Shown: piece after piece, positions 55,314 to 64,000 of the stretch
Numbering within the stretch: the first letter of the stretch is position 1
Layout of the letters: every line of letters starts with the position of its first letter
DNA from: Bigelowiella natans CCMP2755
Taxonomy: Eukaryota > Protista > Cercozoa
DNA length: 64,000 nt
Reading direction: 5' to 3'
Assembly (NCBI GenBank): GCA_000320545.1
Contig: ADNK01003501.1
Coordinates: 1-64,000, forward strand
Position numbers and translations under genes: made by a program
The notes under the pieces: generated by a model
The model's input: the letters and a program-made list of their open reading frames with translations, nothing else
Database searches by the model: none
Told to the model about the DNA's origin: nothing

Positions 55314-56940
55314 GGCACCACCTCACATGCCAAGAAAATTGAAGGAATCTTGAGAGGAACATTTGATTTCTTACTTTTTCACCGGAAGCAACAAATAGGA
55401 TTACTAGTACAAGGGAGTGTTGCTGGGGGCAGCTAAAAACTGATGAATGAATGAATGAATGAATGAATGAGGACGAATGATCTGGTATGATAGAGCTATG
55501 TTGTCATTTATGATTGGATGATGATCTCTTTCTTATTTAGATCTATCTATCACCCGGTATGCCGGTATGTTCGTAGTATAGCAGTAGTAGTAGGGCAAAT
55601 CATTCCTACGACTTGGTACTTAATGCCATTTTAATAATGAAACATAAAACAATAATAGTGTACTACTCAATACTTACAAGTTGGCCGTTACTATGGCTGC
55701 AGCAGTTATGAGTACGTGCTGCATGCAACAAAAGAATAACAATAATACATGTAAAACAAATACACTCTCCTCCTCCTCCTCCTCCTCCTCCTCCTCCTCC
55801 TCCTTCTCCACCTCACCAATAATCTCTCCCCTGTTCTCAGTGCCAATGATGTCCGATCTGAGACTTGATTTGGTTACCGACAGCATCAGTGGTATTATCG
55901 CCGTTATCAAGAAGTAGAATCCTGGATCTCAGATCGAGCTGGATTGAAGGGAGCGGTAAAGCTGTCGAAGGATAACAAGCCAGGACCTAGAATAGACAGG
56001 ATGAACGGACACGCTACAGTAGAGTTCGGGGATAATACAAGTATCAGATGCTTTCTTCTTGGAGACGATCAGGCGATCTATGTTGGAGACACAGGATTCA
56101 CAGTTGTATTTGATATAGCAAACTCCTTGATAGCGGCTTTCCGAATGAAAATTTTGTCTACAATCCAGGCCAAATGACTCACACAGGATTTGATGCTTGT
56201 GCATCATCAAATTCATCAGGCGTTATGTTGTACACACCAAGCAAAGCAAACCATGGCGTGCCAACACCTGAATTCAAAGCTCCAGTTGACGATCCCTTCA
56301 CCGTACTTACAGAGCCGATTTTAATGCGGCCGAGCAACGGTCAATGGTATATCCATGATGCGTAGGGGGCAAAGAAACAAAAATAAGCACCGCCTGTACG
56401 TCTTTAAGGATGAACACCAAACTTGAAATTGGATAAATGCATAAGCCTCTCTCTGTCTCTAACACACATTTTCACAGCTCTCGAGGGGGGTTGGTTTTTG
56501 CTTTCGTTATCATATAGTAAGCAGCACATTACTAACATGCTGCTCAAAACAGCAAAAATGCTAACATATCATCAGATACTCCATGAACGGTCATATTAAG
56601 TCCGAGTACAACTCTGAACTTCAGATACAGTTTTTGCCATTACAGTGCGTGTTATCCATTTCACATAGGCTGCTAGGCTAAATCAGGATATGGCCGAGTC
56701 AAAAACGATATTTCAAAGATTCCTACAAACACGCACATATATTTCATTCACGCGCTCTAGTTTATCGCTCGTCCTATCAGGAAAATTGGTGGAAATTCTC
56801 GTTTACGATTAACTCCTTCCAACGTACGTCGGCAAAGAATGCTACTTATCATCATTTGGCCCAAGATATGCTCCATCTCATCAATTTCCCACAAACGCCC
56901 CGACTTGTACTTGCCCTTCCTTATCATCTGCGCACTGCTG

Positions 56941-57397
56941 TCTCGGACGGCGTGAAAGGCCAGATGGACAAATGCCAAGAACTCATCAAGAAGACAGCTG
57001 AGGATCAAAAGGCGGAACTCACAGCATGTCCAAAAAACTACCTGGCCATCGATGGAGCAATGAATTTTCGGACACTGTGTCAAGTTGCGATTAGCAGCAA
57101 GAAGTCTGTCGGCAAAGCACACGTTGATGAACTGATTTCATTCGTGCATCAAAAGCGGAGAAAGCTCGAGTGTTTTTTCCACTTCCCCACTCGACAGCAG
57201 AATGTTTCAGCATTTCGTTTGCAAGAGACTTTGAAAAAAAGGCTGTCGAGCTAGCAGAGTGCTGAGTTGTTGGCATCAATGTGACAGAAATGGTTGAGGA
57301 CGCACGGAAAAAGAAAAGCAAGATCATGGCTAGCCAATGGCGGCGAAAAAGTGTGTGATGTGGGCAATGGCGCGATGCTCTGGCGATGATTTTTTGC
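56941..57397 (+). repeat. Dispersed direct repeat, copy B (~460 bp)
   Basis: Near-identical to 51479-51943. Confidence 0.95.
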
Positions 57398-59323
57398 CAT
57401 GTCATTTCAACACAGATCACTTTGATGAAAGACATGTGAGATGGATGTGACAATGTGATCAAGTCTTTTCAATGATCATCCTGATCTAGCTGTGCTGCTT
57501 TGCATCTGTTGTGCCTGTTGTGGTGTCATTCTAGCAATTCAGTTCGCCAGTCCGCAGTGCTGAAGCAGGTGATGTTTTGGGTGGCGAATTTTTCGGCATT
57601 TTCCCCACTCTGGCACTGATTGCAGTTGGGAATTGGAAACTGGGGTCAGGTGGACACCCCTCCAGCCTGCTGCTGCGCACATGCGGGAAGACAATTGGAA
57701 AATGATGGCCTCGATCCGTCTCATGCGTGCCCAAGCCATTCTTGTGGTCAGTCTGCGACCACCAAGTGCATGTAGGTGCGCATGCGCGTGCATGAGTGCA
57801 AATGGGAGTGCACGTTGTGCTTTGTCATGTCTCACATTTTCATGCAGGCATGCTCTGATGGGTTCAGGCTGCGTCTGCTGTGGCTCAGCTGGTCACACAG
57901 GGGCATGCAACGTGAGTTGCATGCCCAGAAACATTGATTGCAGGAGGGGGCGCACGTGCAGCGGAAAACGTCCATCTCGGTCAGCAAACCGTGGATGTTT
58001 TCCAGGAGCACCCTCGGTGTTTCACTTGCGACAAGGAGTCGGCCTAGGTGGTGAGGTGGTGTGACATTTCAGGGAAAAATGGCGGGGATTTTTCCCGAAT
58101 TTTCAGGCAACTGTGACACGCAGCGTGCTGCTGATGGGGATGCTGTGTGTCCAGCGCACGACGTGCATTGGCGCACAAGTGGCCAGTTTGGCATGCTCCA
58201 AACGACCCGCAAGCAAGCGGCGAGCTTTCTCCTTTTGCAGTTTGCTCGTGCACGATCAGCTCACGTCACACGTTCAACAGGGCATCAGTTTTGTGGACTC
58301 AAGCATTGCCAAAGTTTGCATGAGCACGGTTGTGTTGCAAGCGCTGCGCAATGCAACTGCACTGGCAGCGGACGAACCACGTTGAATGGTGGATCAAGGG
58401 AACTCGATTGGGTCTCAGGACGTGACCAGGGACCATGTGGAGGGAGCTGAGGGCAAGGAGACCAAGTTGGAAAAATCGGAAGTTTGGACGGGAGGTGATG
58501 GGCTTCGGGAAGGTGTCCCGGTGGCTCAGCCCGTGGCTTCTGAGCGTTCACACAAGCTTGGAACGGGCGCCCGGCACTCCCTGACCGTGGAGGATGTTTT
58601 GGAGCAGTTTGGGAACTTGGATGTTCACGATGGCCGACGGGTTGCAAAGAGTGTCTTGCACTGCGACGGTGTCGATGAAAACGTGGACAACTTGGTCAAA
58701 GTGACAACCAATGACTTGGAATCGCGGGAGTTTGCACTTCATCGTTGCATGGACAAAGGGGCAACTTTGCGAACTTGGGCCTGCACGCTCGAGAAAAGCA
58801 GAGACCCGGATTGTGCTCCACCAGGCATGCTGGAGACGAAGGAGCGGAAGGCCAAGCAGCAGCCTTTTGTTCGGGACGTTGCGGGCGCTGTCGATTCATT
58901 TCGACGGCACTGCCCGATCAAAGGGAAGCTGTGTGTGGCCACTGTGAGTCCACCACAGTTTCGCAGGAAAGCTCGTGGGCTTTGCAATGAAATTGAAGCA
59001 CGTGCTGCTTCAGTCGGTCAAACCGACTTGGGGTTCGGTTGTGAGTGTTTCCAGACGTGTTTGTCCTCTCACGTGCTTGAGAGGCTTCGTCGGGAAGCAG
59101 CAAGGAACCGGCATGACTCAGAGACTCCAGAAGGTCAGTTTGAGATGGCCCTGGAGCATCCATGCGATGAGGAGGACAAAGACAAGCTTCAGCGGGACTT
59201 CGAGGATGAGCTCGATTTCCTGCGGCGAAAGCGGTGTCGATGTGTTGATGCGATGCACCGGCAGTTTGGCGAGCTCGTGCTGGAGTTTGCTGGGCCACGT
59301 TTTGGCCATGCCAACAAGTTGCG

Positions 59324-61912
59324 GTGCTTCCAGCGCTCACTGGCAGGCCATCAGCTGTGCGACAGGTGTTCATCGCGCCACTCAATGGGTTCAGGCCGCA
59401 CGACGTCGATGAGCTTGTTGAGTGTTTGAGGCCGCTGGAGGAGAGCTGTTGTGATTTTGAAGCTCACCCTCTTCATTCCAATGCTTCCACAGTCACAGGA
59501 CCTGCGGTGCAGCGCGAATGCGTGCACTTCAAGCGTGGGAAGTGCAATCACGGTGACAAGTGCAAACTTTTGCACGTCAAGCAGAACACTTCAAGTGAGC
59601 AGAAAACCAAGAAGTGCACGCAGGAGCAGCTTGATGGGATGAAAAATCAAGACTGTGGGCTTTGCTTGAAAGGCAAGTGCCATCGTGGGGACAAGTGCAA
59701 GTTCCGCCATGGTGCTGGGAGTCTCGAAGCTGCTGGAGGGGTGCCTGTGGGCTTGCCCTCCCACACCTGTGAGGAGTCTGCTGATGCTCCAAGGCAAAAC
59801 GTGGAAGCATCGCTCCTCCAGATCAACTCCCAGTCACTTCCTGAGTTGATCAAAGAAAGTGAGCAGCGTCACTGTGAACGAGACCCAAGTTTGAGGTCTC
59901 GCAAGAAAGTTGAATGCTTCCTGCAGGCGGACGATGGCGCCGTTGCAGTGCTTGGTTTGGTCGATGATGGGGCCCAACCCACTGCCATTTCAGAGGCTCT
60001 GCACCAAAAGTCAAAATCGGCTGGTGTCAAGTTTGCTCACCGTCCGATGGTTGGGGAGGCAGGAGGCTCAAGTTCATCGATTGAGAACAAAACTTTGCGA
60101 GAAGTCGATTTCACGGTCCAGATGAAAAAACGTGAAAAGCATGGAGCGCGTGTTGAGCTCCGCACTTGTGCTCTGGTGCCACTTGGACCGGTCTCGCAGG
60201 ACTTTGCACTGGGCATTGGTGCCCTTGACACGAATGGCATCAATTTTGTTGAGGATCCTGACCCAGCAAAGCGAGTGGCAACGATCAATGGTGAAATCGT
60301 TGACTCACATCCGTGCAGCGTTGACGTGACGTCAGCGACTGTTGCAACCGTTGTGGGGATGGATGTGCCTCCAATGGCGGCGGCAGCTCCCGGCGAGATT
60401 TGTGGCATGGATGCAAGCCTTGCGGGAGAGTTGCCGGGAGTGGAGGAGGTGTCGTCAGTGGTGCGCAAAGAGCTGGCGGATGCCGTGGATCGTGGTTTCG
60501 TGAGTGATCGTGACCACGTGATCAAAGCACAAGGTTTGCCGGACATCGACATTGAATCGATGGCAAACCCCATCCAATCAGGTGGAGTGCTTCTCCAGCG
60601 ATTGTCCAGCATTGCACCGCTGTCAGAGTTTGGCGACCAACGTGCAGTCGCCAACTCTGACTTGGTGAGCGGCCACGTGCTGGACATGCTCGATCGCTTG
60701 GAGCGAGAGATGGTTGCGAAAGAGAGCTTGCTGCCTGGTTCACAGCAGTTCCATTGCCTTCGCACTGTCGTGTGCCGCTTCCGGAAGCACTTTGTCACAA
60801 AACTGCCGGAGGTGGGCAAGCACGAGCTGCGGGAACCGCACGATGTTGAGCGGTGGCTGAAGCCGGACTGCAAGCCGGTTCGCCAGCGGCCTTGCCACTT
60901 GGAGCCGAACAAACTCAAGCTTGTGAAGCTCAAGCTGGACCAAGTGGCAAGCGATGGGTCGTGTTGCAAAGCAACAAGCAACACATCGGAGTGGGCATCG
61001 CCGGCTTTCTGTGTGCGTGACGAAGGAAAGGCATTGCCGCGCGTGGTGGTGGCGATGGGCCGCTCAAGTGAGCTCGTGGAGCTTGTGCACGCTGTTTGCC
61101 CGGTGACTCGGGATGCAGCAAGGAAATCAATGAACGCTCAATGGGCAATGGTCTCTGACAGCAAAGCTGCATGGAGACAGCTTGGTGTGACCGAGTGCAC
61201 GAAATCAGTGTTCGCACTTGTCACTCCACTTGCATCCTTTGCAAGCGAGGGCTTGCCGATGGGATGCAAGAACGCTCCTCAAGTTTGGGTCGAGGAGGTG
61301 GCCACGAGATTCCTCGTGGGTGCACCAGGAGCTGTCATCCACTTCGACGACTTCTTCACTCTTGGACAGTCGCCGGTGCAAGCGCTCGCAGGTTTTGCCA
61401 AACTTGTGCAGCAGTGTGAAAAACACGACAACCATCAAAGTGCCACCAAATCGCACGTTTTTCCTGAGCGACTGGCGGCAGCAGGTTCAATCAAGGAGGC
61501 GAGGACGCACTGCCCCGATCCCAAGCGTGCGGTGGCTGTGGACAAGCCAGAGCGTCCAACAAAAGGGAGGCGGTTCTCAAAGCACGTGCGCCGTCTTGCA
61601 GGTTTGTTCACTCATTGCTTGGAATGCACGAAAGGCTTTTGGCAGGTCACTGCGCCGATCAAGCAGCTGCTCATGCAAGGCGCGGAACAAGCATGGAAGG
61701 AGGAGCACGATGAAAGTTTGGCTGCACCAAAGGACGTGCTGAAGAAGGCAGTGTCACACGTGCCTGGTCACAAAGCTGTCTCCACGAACCAGCCCTTCAT
61801 CCTTGGTGCTGACGCGTCTGATGTTGCTGGAGGTGCTGCGCTTTCCCAGGTGATTGGAGGGAGTGAGCGTCTGCTGGCTTGCTGCTCCTTCGCTTGGAAA
61901 ACGAACGAGTGA
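59324..61912 (+). pseudogene. Gypsy gag-end/pol ORF (two CCCH fingers, protease, RT, RNase H), hypermutated
   Basis: 862-aa ORF with no Tyr visible in the translation. The RT catalytic YxDD reads HFDD. Confidence 0.88.
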
Positions 61913-62559
61913 AGCTGGCACGTTGCACGTGAAGAGCTTGCGGCTGGGGCGAAGGGGCTTCACAGGTTCCAGCACATTGCGAAAGGCTGCCCGATTTCAA
62001 TTCGCATGGATGCGAAAACGGCGCGGTGTTTCGCGCTCCATGGGATGGGTGAAGTGCAGCTGCCACGTGCAAGGCCAAGTGCTGCGTGCTCTGGATGTCC
62101 GCTGGTGGACACCCAGCATAGAAAGGAGGAAAAGCATGCCAATGCAGATCCTTTCTCGAGGCCGGATGCCGACGAAACTCGCGACGAAAGGAAGTCGCAT
62201 CGGCAGTCGCTGGCCTCTCTTTTCCCGCTTCGTGCGGAGGCGGCGAAGCAAGAGGAAAAGCTGGCACAACCTGCAGCTTCTCTCTCCTCTTGCCCAGCCA
62301 ACGAGACGATGATTGACTGTGAAGTCCCTCACCTCTCTGTTTGCTCTGTGGAGCCACAGCCTTGGGCGTGCTGTGCCACAGAAGTGAAGACATCGACGAC
62401 GCTGTCCGACATTGACTTGGAGCAGCAGCGTCGCGATTTTGAGAAAGTCATTGATGCTCTGGAGGATGAGAAGGATGCCAATCATCTTCTCGTTTCCTCC
62501 AAGTGCAAAGTGGCTTCTGGCAAGCTGTGCCACAAGGGCTCCTTCCAATTGGGAGGAGA

Positions 62560-63760
62560 CATGCCGCTGCAGCTTTGTGCACCTGTGGATGAACGGCAGG
62601 AGGTGCTGCAGGCGTGCCACGTGGACAACGTGGCGAATCATCGTGATGCTGATGGTCTCGCCAGGAAGGTTCTGCGCGGCTGTCACTGGGTTGGAGTCCA
62701 GAAAGCCTGTCGCAGATTTGCAAAGCAGTGCCAGGTCTGCACACGTGCGAAAACGCGTGTGAAGCAGGCGCCTCACTTGCAGCGTGGTGACCGGGAAATC
62801 AATGGCACGATTGCAGTGGATGCGATCGGCCCGGTCGACGGCGCCAAGCACTGCACGCAGACGCCATGCGTTGTGGCCATTGGCTGCACACATGCGAGGG
62901 CGGTGAAGCGCACGAGCTCAGCGCGCACGGCGGATTTCATCACGTCGCACACGTCAAAACACGGATGCCCAAAGCAGATTGTTGTCGACCAAGGGCCGGA
63001 GAACGTGGGTGTGAGTGGTTTTTGCCTTTGAACCACTCGTGGTTCGCGAACTGCGAGTGGTTCAAAGGCAAAAACCACTCACACAAAAGGAAAGGTCGTG
63101 TGATCGAACTGATCAACCCGTTCTCCTTCCGAGGACACCGCCTCTGATTCGCACGCTCCAGGTTGCACGTTGGCTGCTTGTCTTCTTTGTCTTCTTTTTG
63201 AACTTGTTTTTTTCTTGTCTTGTTCACTCAGAGATTGCTTCTTCCTCACATTGCATTTTTGATTTTTGGAATTTTCTCATTTTTGCTCCAGACCCGACTT
63301 TTTTTTGTTTCAACTTCATTGACCACTTTTGCTTCCTGACCAAGCTTCGATCCCGTGACCTTGCCTTTTCTGTGAGTGGTTTTTGCCTTTGAACCACTCG
63401 TGGTTCGCGAACTGCGAGTGGTTCAAAGGCAAAAATCACTCACAGTGGGTGAAATTGTGCAGCACTTGCAGAACCGGCTTCGTCTCAAGTTCGTTGAGAC
63501 ACCTGCTGAAAATGGCCAGGGGAGTGCTGCATTGGAGCGGAAGCATCGGCCCATTGACAATGGGACAATGGCGAAGCTTCTTCAAAACGTGGACGATCGA
63601 CACAACTGGCATGAACGTTTGGAAGTGATCACGTTTGGTGTGAACACCACAACGGACAAGTGTGGGCATTCACCGGCTCACCTCACGTTCGGACACCAGC
63701 CAAAGTTCGTGGCTGACGTGGAGAGCAAGTCTGTGGCGGCTCCAGGGACAGGGGACCTGG
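62560..63760 (+). pseudogene. Gypsy integrase interrupted by a 435-bp insertion
   Basis: Removing 63010-63449 restores DQGPEN-VG-EIVQHLQNRLRLKFVETPAENGQGSAALERKH in frame. Confidence 0.88.
63010..63444. mobile_element. Non-autonomous TIR element (MITE-like) with 74-bp palindromic ends, TGT...ACA termini and a 5-bp target-site duplication GTGGG
   Basis: Palindromes at 63010-63083 and 63371-63444. GTGGG at 63005-63009 and 63445-63449. The inverted repeat continues imperfectly about 25 bp inward. Confidence 0.9.
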
Positions 63761-64000
63761 ATCAGCGGATCCAGGATCTGGAAAAGCTGCGGCTGCTGCG
63801 TGCCACTCTGAAGGAGGATCACAAATTGGCAAAAAACTTCCGGAGGAACGAGAAACTCAACACGCAGGACGATTGTCGTGTTGGGGATGTGGTGTGGCTT
63901 TTTCGCAAGAAAAACCGCAAAGATGATGCGGTTGCAAAAAAATGCGAGGTTGAAAAGACTGGGCCTGTCACCATCGTGGCAAGGAGCAGTCGCTCCCGTG

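Larger units (their letters stand above)
58386..64000 (+). mobile_element. Degenerate Ty3/Gypsy LTR retrotransposon (gag-PR-RT-RH-IN), running off the window end
   Basis: Domain order is protease (GLVDDGA), RT (WASPAF; GLPMGCKNAP; VIHFDDF), RNase H (PFILGADASDVAGGAALSQ), then integrase (HHCC zinc region; AVDAIGP; HGCPKQIVVDQG; ERKH; GHSPAHLTFG). Frameshifted. LTRs not identified. Confidence 0.93.

Noticed and set aside
57540-58380. 5' LTR and primer-binding site of the Gypsy element
   Set aside because: The second LTR lies outside the window and I found no convincing TG...CA/PBS boundary. A weak inverted similarity (~57590 versus ~58075) is too poor to call.
59324-61912. Alternative genetic code explaining the missing Tyr
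   Set aside because: Host genes in the window (INTS11, kinesin, bZIP, AAR2) use TAY for conserved Tyr and standard stops, and TA is lost in all codon phases and in non-coding DNA.
63010-63444. CRISPR-like repeat-spacer unit
   Set aside because: Only two 74-bp repeats, a 287-bp interior, a target-site duplication and a eukaryotic context. It is a transposon insertion.
56925-64000. Classical RIP or CpG-methylation decay as the cause of the TG/CA excess
   Set aside because: RIP increases TpA, and 5mC decay depletes CpG. Here TpA is lost, CpG is plentiful, and sites of known ancestry (telomere units, Tyr codons) were TA.
58386-64000. ADAR-type RNA editing of the retrotransposon transcript
   Set aside because: That would give one-strand A>G with a UAG preference. 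Here both strands are hit, TAG is spared, and telomeric or non-retro DNA is affected too.

Overview
Left end of a eukaryotic (protist-like) chromosome. It opens with a (CCCTAA)n telomere, followed by intron-rich genes whose introns are packed with microsatellites: AAR2, a PPR-like gene, a bZIP factor, a giant Ser-rich gene, INTS11/CPSF3L, a CENP-E-like kinesin-7, an SLC25 carrier and an unknown gene. The window ends in a decayed Ty3/Gypsy retrotransposon. The standout signal is a set of islands (about 221-1196, 9.9-12.8 kb, 49.9-52.4 kb and 56.9-64 kb, with partial ones at 6.2-7.6 and 15.3-16.1 kb) from which the dinucleotide TpA has been almost erased and replaced by TpG or CpA, while CpG stays abundant. 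Four internal controls give the direction as A>G at TpA on both strands: (1) telomere units CCCTAA become CCCTGA or CCCCAA; (2) conserved Tyr residues of Gypsy pol become Cys or His; (3) two copies of a repeat read CA versus TG at the same site; (4) a 74-bp palindrome is imperfect only at an inferred ancestral TA. Surviving TAs are almost all in TAG/CTA context. This looks like a repeat-targeted A-to-G genome-defence mutagenesis, the opposite polarity to fungal RIP, which also spills into the last exon of AAR2. All counts and gene models were made by eye and need computational confirmation.
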